Shown: positions 9,417 to 19,978, counted from the first letter of the stretch. The stretch is 64,000 bases of DNA from Nannocystis bainbridge (GCF_028368995.1 NZ_JAQNDL010000001.1:1248001-1312000); one strand, 5' to 3'. Notes: a model not told the origin generated them from the sequence alone. Numbers and translations are program-made.

Positions 9417-11087
9417 ATGATCCGCGTTCGTGCTGTTCCCCTCTCCATGCTCCTCGCGTTCGGCGCCTGTGTCGATCACGCGCCGTCGTGGGCCGACTTC
9501 ATCGCCAACGACATGACCGCCGGGACAGGTACGAGCAGTGACGGGGGAGCAGCGGCGACGACCGGCCCCGCGAGCACGCTCGACGAGCCAACCCCGGCCA
9601 CCGGTGATCCCGAGGGCACGACCGACGCGGCAAGCTCGGGCGACGCCAGCAGCGCGGCCAGCGACGCCGGCAGCACGGCCGGCGGCGCCGAGCTCGTCCC
9701 GCCGCGGATCCTCGCGGTCGACGTGCCGACGAAAGTCCACCTCGCCGGGCCGGTACCGGTGACGGTGATGACCGAGGGCGCGAGCCTCGTGCGCGCCACG
9801 CTCGACGGCGCCGAGCTCGAGCTCTTCACCGACCAGGGCGGCGGCGTGTGGACCGGCGCGGCGCCATGCTTCGGGGCGGTCGACAACGGCGCGCACGTGC
9901 TCGAGGTGACCGCCACCCTCGGGCCGCTCTCGCACGCGTGGCCGCCGGTGATGTTCGAGGTCGCCGCGCCGGCGCCTGGCGATCTCGCGTGGGCCAGGCT
10001 CGGGCCGAGCGGCTCGACCTCGCGGCGCGTTGTCGTGACGCCCGAGGGCGACGCGATCGAGGTTGGCTCTCTGGTCGTCGACGGCGCGCCGCGCCCGTCG
10101 ATCCGGAAGCGGCGGGGCAAGGACGGCACGGAGGTCTGGGCCGAAGGTACGATCGTGCTCGACTCGCGCGAGGGCGCGGTCGATGCGGTCGCGCTGACGC
10201 CGGGCGGGCAGATCTGGGTGGCGATGAACGTCCGCCAGGCGGACAGCAAGTGGCGGCCGCGGATCGTCCTGCTCGACGCGGAGGGCCACGCGACGGGCGT
10301 CGAGATGCCGACCGATGCCGGGACGACGGTGCGGGGCATCGCCAGCGACGCCGCCGGCGGGTGCATCGCGGTCGGCTTCGGCAGCTCGGGCTACGGCGAC
10401 ACGGACATCAAGATCTGGCGCATGAACGCGGAGGGCGTGGCGGTCGTGAGCGCGAAGGGGTGGGACCACGCACCCAACGGCCAACTGAACCTGCACGGAT
10501 TCGACGACCTCGCGTTCGACGTGGTGATCAAGGACGGCGTCGCGTGGGTCGCCGGCGCGAGCAAGGGGAAGCACGACGAATGGTGGTTCGAGACTCGAGG
10601 AATCCTCGTGCCGCTGGACCTGGAGACCGGAGCGCGGCTCGACCCGGTGGTCGTGCAGGAGGCATATGGCGGCTGGCGGCAAGGCATGTACCTCGGCGCG
10701 GCCGCGCACCCGGACGGCGTGGTGGTCGTCGGCTACGGCGCGATGACGGACGAGGCCTCGCAGCGGATTGAGTTGGCGCTCTACGACGCGGGCGGCGCCC
10801 GGCTCTGGTGGTCGCCCGAGGCAGCCGTGGATGTCGCGTACGGGACGGGGGTCGCCGTGAGCGCGCACGGAGGGGTGATCGCCTCGGGCGTCGTGATGGA
10901 CGGAGGAACGCTCCGCGGCGTCGTGCTCGGGCGCAAGGGTCTGACGTACGAGCTCGAGTTCTCGTCGGGCCTGGACCCGTCGGCGGTCTACGGCGTTGCG
11001 CTCGATCCCTGGGACCAGGTGTTCGCGGTGGGCGAGCTGACGGCCGCGGGTGTGCGCTACGCCCGGGCGGCGTTCGTGCGCCAGTGA
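9417..11087 (+). CDS. Lipoprotein with Thr/Ser-rich tether, Ig-like and beta-propeller domains
   Basis: Lipobox FGAC; repeated VAxxxxG beta-blade motifs. Confidence 0.8.
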   Translation: MIRVRAVPLSMLLAFGACVDHAPSWADFIANDMTAGTGTSSDGGAAATTGPASTLDEPTPATGDPEGTTDAASSGDASSAASDAGSTAGGAELVPPRILAVDVPTKVHLAGPVPVTVMTEGASLVRATLDGAELELFTDQGGGVWTGAAPCFGAVDNGAHVLEVTATLGPLSHAWPPVMFEVAAPAPGDLAWARLGPSGSTSRRVVVTPEGDAIEVGSLVVDGAPRPSIRKRRGKDGTEVWAEGTIVLDSREGAVDAVALTPGGQIWVAMNVRQADSKWRPRIVLLDAEGHATGVEMPTDAGTTVRGIASDAAGGCIAVGFGSSGYGDTDIKIWRMNAEGVAVVSAKGWDHAPNGQLNLHGFDDLAFDVVIKDGVAWVAGASKGKHDEWWFETRGILVPLDLETGARLDPVVVQEAYGGWRQGMYLGAAAHPDGVVVVGYGAMTDEASQRIELALYDAGGARLWWSPEAAVDVAYGTGVAVSAHGGVIASGVVMDGGTLRGVVLGRKGLTYELEFSSGLDPSAVYGVALDPWDQVFAVGELTAAGVRYARAAFVRQ

Positions 11088-11094
11088 GCCCCGC

Positions 11095-12198
11095 TCACTG
11101 CGGGATGAAGGCGTCGCACGCCTCGTGCACGAGGTCGGCGGCCTCGCTGAAGAACCCGTCGTAGCTGTCGGCGCAGATGTTGCCTTCGTGGTGGTACTCG
11201 AAGGTCTTGATCACCTCGCGCACGTGGATCGGCCAGAGGCCGTCATCGTAGACGCAGCCTGGCACGGGCTCGCCCTCGAGTGGCTGCCCGATGATCGCCA
11301 GGCCGACGATCGCGTGCTCGTCGCCGCCCTTGGCGGCCACCACCGCTTCGTGGACTTTCTTCGCGCTCAGGACCGACTCGTAGTCCTCGTTGTCCATGAT
11401 GAAGACGAACACGAGCAGCGCGTCGTCGCGGAGAAACCCCTCGTTGCAGCCGCCCGGGCCGTTGAGCTCGTCGGACACCGCGGCGACGAGGGTGTCCGCG
11501 AGCGGCGGATCGTCGCCGAACGTGCCCACCTGGGCGATGCAGGCGAACGCGTCCGGGTCCGTCTCGCCCTCGACGATGTAGCGGTTCCCCCCGTAGAGCT
11601 CGCACACGTGGTTGGTGGCGTAGGGGCCGGCGTTGTAGAGCAGACCGGCGCCGCGGGTCCGGTCGCACTTGAACACGGTGTCCGCGTGCGAGCCGCAGAC
11701 GTAATCCATGGCGTTCGGGCCGCAGCTGCCCTTGTTCCCGCAGTACTCGGCCGACTCGCAGTTCAGGCCGCGCCACTTCTCGTCCGTGTTCACGCTGATG
11801 ATGTGCCGGTCGAAGCCGGCAAACTTCGTCTCCAACACATCGAGGAAGCCGGGGAAGCTCGCCACCAGTTGATCCTGCTCCTCGTCCATCGTGAAGAGCG
11901 CCGAGATCACGAACACGAAGTCGATCTTGCCCTTGCACCCCTCGGGCTGCGGGTCGCCGAGGTCGGGCGCGGGGTCCATGTCGAAGGTCGAGACGCCGGC
12001 GGTGCTGGCGGCGGCGCTGTCCTCGGCGCCGCCGGACGTCGAGGTCGAAGACGAGCCCGCGGAGCTGGTGGACGAGGTTGAGGTCGACGTGCCCGGCGTC
12101 GTCACGGACGTCACGCCGGGTCCCGTCGAGAACCCCGGCGACGTGTTGGTGCCGCAGGCGAGTGTGGCAGCGGCGACGGAGAGCGCGAGGCGGCGCAT
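11095..12198 (-). CDS. Lipoprotein with Cys-rich vWA-like domain
   Basis: Start MRRLALSVAAATLAC; CKGKIDFVFVIS and GFLRDDALLVFVFIMDNED motifs. Confidence 0.8.
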   Translation of the reverse strand: MRRLALSVAAATLACGTNTSPGFSTGPGVTSVTTPGTSTSTSSTSSAGSSSTSTSGGAEDSAAASTAGVSTFDMDPAPDLGDPQPEGCKGKIDFVFVISALFTMDEEQDQLVASFPGFLDVLETKFAGFDRHIISVNTDEKWRGLNCESAEYCGNKGSCGPNAMDYVCGSHADTVFKCDRTRGAGLLYNAGPYATNHVCELYGGNRYIVEGETDPDAFACIAQVGTFGDDPPLADTLVAAVSDELNGPGGCNEGFLRDDALLVFVFIMDNEDYESVLSAKKVHEAVVAAKGGDEHAIVGLAIIGQPLEGEPVPGCVYDDGLWPIHVREVIKTFEYHHEGNICADSYDGFFSEAADLVHEACDAFIPQ

Positions 12199-12632
12199 GC
12201 GACAAGGATACTCCGGGCGCCCCGCGCTGTCCCGCACTTCGGCGCCGAACGCCTGTCCTGCGTGCTCATTCCAGACCCAGGTCGGGCCACCGGCACCTGG
12301 TCCTGCCGCGCGTACCCGTCGCGTCCTCCAGCTCTCCAAGAGCATATTCCGTTGCGCATACGCGAACCGGAGCACTCGCTTCCTCGCTTTCGTCGCCAGT
12401 GACGGACACGAGATGCGTTCACCCGTGGCTGCCAGATTTGCGAGGCGAGCTCGTGAACTGTCACAACTGGACGTGCTGCCGAGCGTGCCAACGCCGAAGA
12501 ACCCGCCCGCCTGTTCGGACCGCGGCCCCCGCCTATGGGCCCGCCATGGGCTACCCGCACCGCGCTCTGCCGCTGCGTCTTTTCGTAGCCGGGCGCGCCG
12601 CCAGCGACCGGGTGGCCAAGACATAGACGGAC

Positions 12633-13229
12633 ATGCTTCAGCTCCCTCTCATCCTTTCAAACTTCCTCGCCGCCACCGACGCCGCTCTGGCCCACGCAGC
12701 CGGAGCCCAGCGGTTGCTGGCGCAGTCTCTCGCACCTGTCTCGGACGTTTGCGACGCAACGACCGGCGTTCGACGGGTCCGCTCCGCGACTCGCTACCGG
12801 GGACGGGCGGCGGTTCAGCTCGAGCTCCGAACCACCAAGCAAGGCGCTGGCCAGCTTACCGAGTACGTCGCCGACGGCGTCTTGCTCTTCACGGGCTCGG
12901 ACGACGGCCCCCAGGCGACGCCGGCGGGCATTGAGCTGCTTGCCGACACGTCGCCCCGCGCGGTCGAAATGCTCGCGGCCTTCGCCGTGCTTCAGGTCCG
13001 GGTGTTCGAGGCGGACGTAGGGGCGCCCGCCGACGCCTGCGGAGCGACGCGCGGCAAGCCGGAGGAACAAGCGAAATGCGCGTTCATCGGCGTGCTCGGG
13101 TGCATCCCGCCCGCGGCGGCGTTCACGTGCGCCGTCTCGGCGGCCCTCGCCGTCGGGTGCGGCTGGCTGGTCGAGAAGGCATGCGAGAGCGAGCCCGAGA
13201 CCTGCGAGCCGGGTTGGACGGAGGGGTGA
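12633..13229 (+). CDS. Hypothetical protein with Cys-rich hydrophobic C-terminus (bacteriocin-precursor-like)
   Basis: Seven Cys in the last ~63 aa around hydrophobic helices. Confidence 0.6.
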   Translation: MLQLPLILSNFLAATDAALAHAAGAQRLLAQSLAPVSDVCDATTGVRRVRSATRYRGRAAVQLELRTTKQGAGQLTEYVADGVLLFTGSDDGPQATPAGIELLADTSPRAVEMLAAFAVLQVRVFEADVGAPADACGATRGKPEEQAKCAFIGVLGCIPPAAAFTCAVSAALAVGCGWLVEKACESEPETCEPGWTEG

Positions 13230-13606
13230 CCGTGGGCGTGCTAGTTCCCGCGAGTTTCCCGAGCCAGCGCGACGCGCAGCGCCGTTTGATGACGCATCCA
13301 CAGCGTCTCGGGTTCCTGCCCACCTGGTGGTTCTGGCGCGCGCTCAAATGGGACTGGCCGCTGTTTTGCTCGTTCCTCGGTGCGGCGATTGGCGCATTCT
13401 CCGTCGCCCTCGGCTGGATCGTGCTCTACGCCGGCTTCGAGCTGCCAGCCGCGTTCATCGCCGCGTTGCTCGGGCCCGTTCTCGGGTTCGGTGTCGTCGA
13501 GCGGGGCCTGCGTGCCCTCGTCGTCCGCCGGCGCCGTGCGCTGGCAACAGGGCGGGCCGAGCTTCCGCCTGAACCGAGCGGCAACCGTTCGCCAATTGAC
13601 CCCTAG
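13226..13606 (+). CDS. Small two-TM membrane protein
   Basis: GTGA start/stop overlap with the upstream gene; two hydrophobic helices then RRRR. Confidence 0.6.
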   Translation: MTVGVLVPASFPSQRDAQRRLMTHPQRLGFLPTWWFWRALKWDWPLFCSFLGAAIGAFSVALGWIVLYAGFELPAAFIAALLGPVLGFGVVERGLRALVVRRRRALATGRAELPPEPSGNRSPIDP

Positions 13607-13623
13607 CGCGCTGGGATCGCCGA

Positions 13624-13661
13624 CGTTCGCGCTGTACCCCTCTCCATGCTCCTCGCGTTCG
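13624..13661 (+). repeat. 38-bp copy of 9425-9462 (start of the beta-propeller lipoprotein gene)
   Basis: 36/38 identical by manual alignment. Confidence 0.85.
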
Positions 13662-14093
13662 AGCCGTTCGACGACCTGGCCGAACGGACCCGCCCACGGC
13701 GAAACCACGAGCAGGCGACAGATAGACGAACTCGATGCCGCATTGTGGCGCGCGCTTTCGGCCGCCTTGCCGGCCAGCGAGCGGTGCGACGCCCGCCTTG
13801 GCCCGACTGACGGTCACCATGTCGCGTGATATGGTTGGGGCATACAGATTCCTGATGCTCTCGCAGGAGAGTGCCAGGGATCGGAGGGGCCATTAGGAGC
13901 GGGGCTGCCCGCAGGGGCGCTGAAAGCGCCAACAATGGGCGCCCGACAAGGCCGCGTGACATAGCGAGCTTGCCGCGTTGCCGAGCGGGATTGCCCGCCA
14001 AGACCAACGAGAGCCCCTGGCGGAATTCTCGACGGGCCCGAGCGTCACCTGACCGATCCAGGCTCGGGAAAGCTATACTCAAGCGTTGCAGCG

Positions 14094-14315
14094 ATGTTCT
14101 CACTAATCAACCCGACGCGCCTGCACACGCAGCCGCAACTCCTGCTCGACGCTCACGGTGAGGAGCGCTTGTTGCTGGTTGTGAAGGGGAGCTTCGAGTT
14201 CGCCGGCGAGGTTCTTCGCCCCACCGAAGCAATGATCGTGCTTGCCGACCAGTACCACGGCGACCCGTCGTACACGAGCCTACTCGACCTGGCGGAGCGA
14301 CTCGCCGGAGTATGA
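14094..14315 (+). pseudogene. DUF2169 (T6SS adaptor) N-terminal fragment
   Basis: LLDAHGEERLLLVVKGSF...LADQYHGDP motif; truncated. Confidence 0.65.
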
Positions 14316-14380
14316 GCTGCAACAGTGACTCGAGAGGCTGCGGCGCCATCGGACCCTGGATGGTGATAGTCTCGGTGCCC

Positions 14381-14546
14381 GCCGAGGGCTTTGGCGAGCG
14401 GCGTACCGTCGAGGGCGAGCGCGGCCTGCTGGTCGCACCAGAGGAAGAATGCGTCGACGATCGGTCTCGACTTCGCCTGGCGGACCGACTCTCGCTTCTT
14501 GCGGGGCGCCGTCGCCAGCGCGCGCTCGATCTTGAAGAGCGCCTTG
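14381..14546 (-). pseudogene. IS66 TnpC internal fragment (inverted)
   Basis: Minus-strand translation KALFKIERALATAPRKKRESVRQAKSRPIVDAFFLWC...TPLAKALG. Confidence 0.8.
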
Positions 14547-14547
14547 A

Positions 14548-14885
14548 CTCCGGCGCGAGGTCATCGGCCGCAAGAACTGGCTGTTCCTCGGCAGCGAGGA
14601 GGGCGCCCGCGCCAACACACTCTTCGTGTCGCTCCTGGCGAGCTGCCAGCTCCACCGGATCGAGCCCTGGGCATACCTCCGCGACCTGCTGTGCCTGCTC
14701 CCGTCGTGGCCCCGGCGCCGCGTCCTCGAGCTCGCACCGGCCTTCTGGGAGGAGACTCTGAAACAGGAGGACGCTCAGCAGCGCCTCGCCACCAACGTCT
14801 TCCGCGGCGTGTCCCTCGGGAAGCATACGAGCGAGGTGTAGCCGAACGGCGACTCAGCCGGGAACGTAGCTCGCCGGACGCATAC
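14548..14885 (+). mobile_element. IS66 TnpC C-terminus and right inverted repeat
   Basis: LRREVIGRKNWLFLGS...EPWAYLRDLL; end CGCCGGACGCATAC (reverse complement GTATGCGTCCGGCG) fits the IS66 IR. Confidence 0.85.
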
Positions 14886-15306
14886 GACTGAATTGACTGG
14901 CTCTTCCCGGCGACGAGCTCGCGTTGGCGACTGACGCGGATGTCATGCGTGACGCGGCGATGCCGACGCGTACCAGCACGGCGGCGACCACGGCGGCGAC
15001 CACGAGCCGGCGATCGACGGCGCGCCGCTGCACCCTCGCTCGACGGCGTAGCTGATGCGGACTTGCAGCCAAGAGCACGGGAGCTGGGAAAGGCGAGCAG
15101 GCTTTCAGCTCGCTGTTCGACCTCCTCGACGTGGTCGGCAACCTCAAGGCCAGCAACGAGACCGTCATCGCTGGCGCAGGTCGACGACCTGTGGACCCCT
15201 GACTAGATTCTCAAGGCGCTCGGGCGCGGCGCCTTCAAGCCCACGCCCAGCGAACGTCAGGACGGGTGAGGCCATAGCTCGGGGGTGAAGTGTGGGCCTG
15301 TTGAGG

Positions 15307-15430
15307 CTACCAAGAGATGCGCAGCTTGATGATCCTGCGCTCCAGCGAGTGCCTGGTGATTTCCAGAAGACCCGCCGCCGCGACGATCGAGCCGCCTCCC
15401 TGGAGCGCACTCTCGCACAGGAGCCGAAGC
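15307..15430 (-). pseudogene. Fis-type HTH fragment
   Basis: LCESALQGGGSIVAAAGLLEITRHSLERRIIKLRISW. Confidence 0.55.
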
Positions 15431-15720
15431 CGACCAGGCGGCGCTCCAGGCCGCGATCGGCAAGCTCCCGCAGGATGACAAGGCGACGCGGGACCTCGCG
15501 CGCCTCGCGGTCGCGTGGGTCGATCGCAACCCGACACCACTGCCTCCGTCACCGCCCGGCTATCGTCGGTGAGTGGGCGCGCCTGGAGCGGCGGTAGCGC
15601 GCCAACGCCCACGGCACACGCCTGGGCCCGGGTCATCACGTTCAGCCCTCGCGCGCCCTCGCCCCCTGCGCTCGTACCCGGCAGTGGACGCCGCTCGCGC
15701 TTCGGGCGGATGATACGTCC

Positions 15721-16884
15721 ATGAGCGCCCCGCGGGATGTCATGCGTCGGTGGACAACTTTACCCCTGACCGCCGCGCTGATCGGGGCCGCCTGCACCGC
15801 CTCCTCGGACCCATCCGGGGCCCCGCACCCCGCCGCCGCGCCGGTCGAAAGCTCGCCTGCGGCCGTCGCCGCCGCGGATGCGCCGGCCGCCCCTGTGACC
15901 CCGGACCCGCCCGCGAACCTCACGGCCCCCGCGACGACGGCCCCCGCGACCCCGGACCCGCCCGCGAACCTCACGGCGCCCGCGATGACGGCCCCCGCGA
16001 CCCCGGACCCGCTCGCTCCGCCGGCGAACGTCGCCACCCCGGACCCGCCGCCCGCGACCCCGCTCGTGCCGCTCGCGGTGTACGCCGCCGCGCTCGACCC
16101 CGAGACTCGCGCCTGGGCGGTCGACATCATCAACTTCGAGGCGATCGACACCGGCCCGCTCGACCGGCGACTGGCGGCGCTGGGCGACAGGGAGGACTCG
16201 CCCTTCATCGATCGCTTCGCGCCCGGCGACGCCGGCCTGCCCGTCGGCTTCGCGCACGGCGATCCCTGGACGCTGGTGACCCTCGCGGGCGCCGAACAGC
16301 GGATCGCCGCGGGCTTCGGCGCCAGCGTCCCGGGAGGCTCGGCCGCGCTGCACTTCAAGGTCGATCTCGGGCCGGCGCAGCCGGGCGCGAAGGGCTGGGC
16401 GATCGCCCTCCGCGGCCACGCGGCCACGACCGCGAAGCTGGTCGCGCCCAAGCCGCTCGCCCCGGCCGCGCTCGCGCCCGGCGCCCTCGGTCGCATCGTG
16501 GAGGCGCTCGTGCCCAAGCTCGACGAGGACCTGCGCCCGCACGTGCGCAAGACGACGATCGCCGAGAAGCACGTCAAGCTGTTCCCCGGCCGCTTCCCGG
16601 GCGGACGCTCGCACGTCGCGTTCGTCCACGCGATGGCGAAGAGCGACGAGGATGACTTCGAAGTCTCGGGCGTGCTCTTCACCAGAACCGACGGCGCCGT
16701 CGAGTTCTTCGCCGTCGCCGACGTCCTCGGCGCCGCCACCTTCTTCGCCCTCGTCGACATCGACGGCGACGGCCTCGACGAGGTGCTCTACGAGGACCAA
16801 TACCACGAGGGCTGGTACCTCCAGATGATCCACTGGAACGGCGGCAAACCCGAGAGCCGCACGCTGATGGGCGACGGGGTGTGA
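15721..16884 (+). CDS. Lipoprotein with 51-bp Pro-rich repeats
   Basis: Lipobox GAAC; TPDPPANLTAPAxTAPA repeats at 15898, 15949 and 16000; C-terminal DIDGDGLDE motif. Confidence 0.8.
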   Translation: MSAPRDVMRRWTTLPLTAALIGAACTASSDPSGAPHPAAAPVESSPAAVAAADAPAAPVTPDPPANLTAPATTAPATPDPPANLTAPAMTAPATPDPLAPPANVATPDPPPATPLVPLAVYAAALDPETRAWAVDIINFEAIDTGPLDRRLAALGDREDSPFIDRFAPGDAGLPVGFAHGDPWTLVTLAGAEQRIAAGFGASVPGGSAALHFKVDLGPAQPGAKGWAIALRGHAATTAKLVAPKPLAPAALAPGALGRIVEALVPKLDEDLRPHVRKTTIAEKHVKLFPGRFPGGRSHVAFVHAMAKSDEDDFEVSGVLFTRTDGAVEFFAVADVLGAATFFALVDIDGDGLDEVLYEDQYHEGWYLQMIHWNGGKPESRTLMGDGV

Positions 16885-17080
16885 CAATGCGGGAGCGCCG
16901 GAGAGATGTTCGTCCGGAGCGCCTGCCGCAGAACGATGCGGGTCAGGTGGGCTTCGTTGCTGTGCTCGGCCACCACTCGCGGGTTCCCCGACCTCGGCTT
17001 GCGGCTCTTCGATCGCCGGGGCAGGAGCCAGACCGGGTGCTGTTCAAACTCGACCAGATCACTACGTCGCGGTCGGAGCA

Positions 17081-19978
17081 CTAGTGTGAATGGCCGAGCG
17101 GGGCGTCGAGGACCTGCTCGAGGTCTTGCAGGTTGACGGGCTTGACCAGGTGGTTGTCGCAGCCGGCCGCGCGCGAGCGCTCGCGGTCGGCGTCCTGGCC
17201 CCAGCCGGTCAGGGCGATGATGGTCATGGCGCGGCCCCACGGGGTCTCGCGGATCCGCCGGGTGGCGTCTAGGCCGTTGAGCCGGGGCATGCCGACGTCC
17301 ATGAGGATCACCTGGGGTCGGAACTTGTCGGCGGCCTCGATGGCCTCGTAGCCGTCGTGGGCGGTGTGGACCTCGTGGCCGAGCATCTCGAGCATCATGG
17401 CCATGGCGTCGGCGCCGTCGCGGTTGTCGTCGACGACGAGCACGCGGCGGCCCGGGCCGGGCGGGAGGTCGTGCGGATCGTCGGAGCTGTCGGTGCGGGC
17501 GCGGTCGACCAGCGCCGGCAGCCGGACGGTGAAGGTGCTGCCACGACCCTCGCCCGCGCTCGCGGCGGTGACGCTGCCGCCGTGCATCTCGACCAGACCC
17601 TTGACGAGCGCGAGGCCGACGCCGAGGCCGCCGGCGCTGCGCTCGACGCTGCGGTCGACCTGGCTGAACATGTCGAAGATCGAGGACAGCGAGCCGGCGG
17701 GGATGCCGATGCCGTCGTCGCGCACGGTGACGACGACCTCGTCGCCGCTGCGCTCGGCGGTGAGCTGGATGTGACCGCCGGGACCGGTGTACTTGGCGCT
17801 GTTGGTGAGCAGGTTGCTGAACACCTGAGCGAGGCGGGTGAGGTCGGCGTCGAGGAAGACGGGGCCCGCGGGCAACGAGACCTGCAGCTCGTGGCCGGCG
17901 GCCTCGATCTGCGGGCGCGCGGTCTCGACGGCGCTGCCGACGACGTCGGCCAGGAGGATCCGCTCGCGCCGGAGGTCGAGCTTGTTGCGGCTGATCCGGC
18001 TGACGTCCATGAGGTCGTCGATGAGGCGGACCATGTGTGACAGCTGCCGGTCCATCATGGCGCGCGCGCGGGCGGCGACGTCGAGGTTGTCGCCGGCGAG
18101 GTGCATGACCTGGAGGCCGGTGCGGATCGGCGCCAGCGGGTTGCGCAGCTCGTGGGCGAGGAGGGCGATGAAGTCGTCCTTCTTGCGGTCGGCGTCGCGG
18201 AGCTGCTCGACGAGGCGCTCGCGCTCGCGCTCGGCCTGGATGCGGGCGGTGATGTCGGTGAAGAGGATGGCGACGTGCTCGCCGAGCTTGAAGGCGTAGA
18301 CGTCGTACCAGCGCGGGCCGAGCGCGCTGGCCAGGTTGACGAACCGGGCGGGCTGGCCGGTGCGGGCGACCTCGCCGTAGGCCTCGGCCCAGTGACGGTC
18401 GTGGCCGGGCGCCAACTCGAGGATGGTCTTGCCGACGGCGTCGTGGAGGCCGGTGTGCTTCTCGAACGCGGGGTTGACCTCGAGGAAGCGGTAGTCGACG
18501 CCGCGGTCGCCGTCGAACACCACGTCGACGATGCAGAAGCCCTCGTCGAGCGAGGAGAACAGGGTCCGGTAGCGCTCCTCGCTGTCCTTCAAGGCATCGA
18601 GCGCCCGCGCGTGCTCGGTGACGTCGATGGCGATGCCGTCCCAGGCGGTGCCGCCGCCGCGGAGGGGCCGCGGTGCCGAGTGACAGCGGATGTATCGGAT
18701 CTGGTCGCGGCCGTGGATCCGGAACTGCCAGTCGAAGTGGGTGCGGGCCCGAAACGCGGTCCCCTCGATCGCCAGCATCTGCTCGCGGTCCTCGTCGACG
18801 ATCACGCCGTAGAGGCCCGCGGGGTTGGCGACGATCTCGGCGGGGGTCATGCCGCAGATGGCCTCGACGCCGCGGCTGACGTAGGCGAATCGGCGCGAGC
18901 CGTCGACGCCCTCGATGACCTGGTAGATGAAGCCCGAGGGCAGGTTGTCGGCGAGGGTCCGCTGGCGCTCCTCGCTCTCGCGCAAGGCGATCTCGGCGCA
19001 GCGACGCGTGGTGATGTCGTAGTTGGCGCCGACGTAGCGGAGGGGCGCCTCGCCGGCGCGCAGGACGTCGCCCCGGGCGGCGATCCAGCGATAGGTGCCG
19101 TCGGCGTGGCGCACGCGGAACTCGGAGTGCGTGGGGCTGTGGGTGCGCACGGCCTCGCGCGTGGTGTGAAGGGCGGTGACGAGGTCGTCGGGGTGGATGC
19201 GGTCGAACCACCCGGTCTCGTCGGGCGCGGGCTCGTCGGGACCGAGGCCGAGCAGCTCGCGGATGGTCTCGGACCAGGTGACCGCACCGGTCTCGATGTT
19301 CCACTCCCACGAGCTCACGCCCGCGGCCTGCAAGGCGAGCGAGAGCCGCTCGGACTCGTCGCGCACGGCGGCCTCGGCGACGCGGGTGTCGGCGAGCTCC
19401 TGCAGGGTGCGCCGGTGCTGCAATGCGCGCTCGATGGCGGGCGCGGACTGGTCGACGCAGCGACCCAGGAGCCGCGCGACGCGCTCGGACAGGCGGCGCG
19501 GCTGGTGGAAGTAGAGCGTGAGGACGCCGAGCAGGCGCCCGCCGCGAGCGAGCAGCGGGACGGCGTGGAGGGCCCGGAAGCGGTCCTGGGCGGCCTCGTG
19601 GGCCTCGTGGGCGAGCGGGTCGAGGTCGGTGTCGGCGACGACGACGGCGGCCCGGCGCTGCAGGCACAGCTGGGCGGCGCCGCCGAGACGCGCGAGCAGC
19701 TCGTCGGTGACGCCGAGGCTGGCGCCGGGTTCGAACGCGCCGTCGTCGGCGCGCAGAGTGATCGCCCCCATGGTGGTGTGGCCGATCGCGGCGGCGGCGG
19801 CGAGAGTGTGATCGAGGACCGCGGCGAGCTCGAGGCTGCCGGCCAGGCGGACGCTCAGGTCGAGCAACAGTTCGAGCTCGCCGAGCTCGTCGACGTGGCG
19901 CACGTGCGGTCGACCTTCGTCGCCGACGCGCTCGCTGGCGTCGGCGGTGGCGGGACCGGTGAGCTCGTCGGAGCGCAT
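17081..19978 (-). CDS. Hybrid sensor histidine kinase/response regulator (GAF, 3 PAS, HisKA, HATPase, REC)
   Basis: AHELRNPL, NLLTNSAKYT, DDGIGI, GLGVGL, VLVVDD...MDVGMP. Confidence 0.95.
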   Translation of the reverse strand: MRSDELTGPATADASERVGDEGRPHVRHVDELGELELLLDLSVRLAGSLELAAVLDHTLAAAAAIGHTTMGAITLRADDGAFEPGASLGVTDELLARLGGAAQLCLQRRAAVVVADTDLDPLAHEAHEAAQDRFRALHAVPLLARGGRLLGVLTLYFHQPRRLSERVARLLGRCVDQSAPAIERALQHRRTLQELADTRVAEAAVRDESERLSLALQAAGVSSWEWNIETGAVTWSETIRELLGLGPDEPAPDETGWFDRIHPDDLVTALHTTREAVRTHSPTHSEFRVRHADGTYRWIAARGDVLRAGEAPLRYVGANYDITTRRCAEIALRESEERQRTLADNLPSGFIYQVIEGVDGSRRFAYVSRGVEAICGMTPAEIVANPAGLYGVIVDEDREQMLAIEGTAFRARTHFDWQFRIHGRDQIRYIRCHSAPRPLRGGGTAWDGIAIDVTEHARALDALKDSEERYRTLFSSLDEGFCIVDVVFDGDRGVDYRFLEVNPAFEKHTGLHDAVGKTILELAPGHDRHWAEAYGEVARTGQPARFVNLASALGPRWYDVYAFKLGEHVAILFTDITARIQAERERERLVEQLRDADRKKDDFIALLAHELRNPLAPIRTGLQVMHLAGDNLDVAARARAMMDRQLSHMVRLIDDLMDVSRISRNKLDLRRERILLADVVGSAVETARPQIEAAGHELQVSLPAGPVFLDADLTRLAQVFSNLLTNSAKYTGPGGHIQLTAERSGDEVVVTVRDDGIGIPAGSLSSIFDMFSQVDRSVERSAGGLGVGLALVKGLVEMHGGSVTAASAGEGRGSTFTVRLPALVDRARTDSSDDPHDLPPGPGRRVLVVDDNRDGADAMAMMLEMLGHEVHTAHDGYEAIEAADKFRPQVILMDVGMPRLNGLDATRRIRETPWGRAMTIIALTGWGQDADRERSRAAGCDNHLVKPVNLQDLEQVLDAPLGHSH

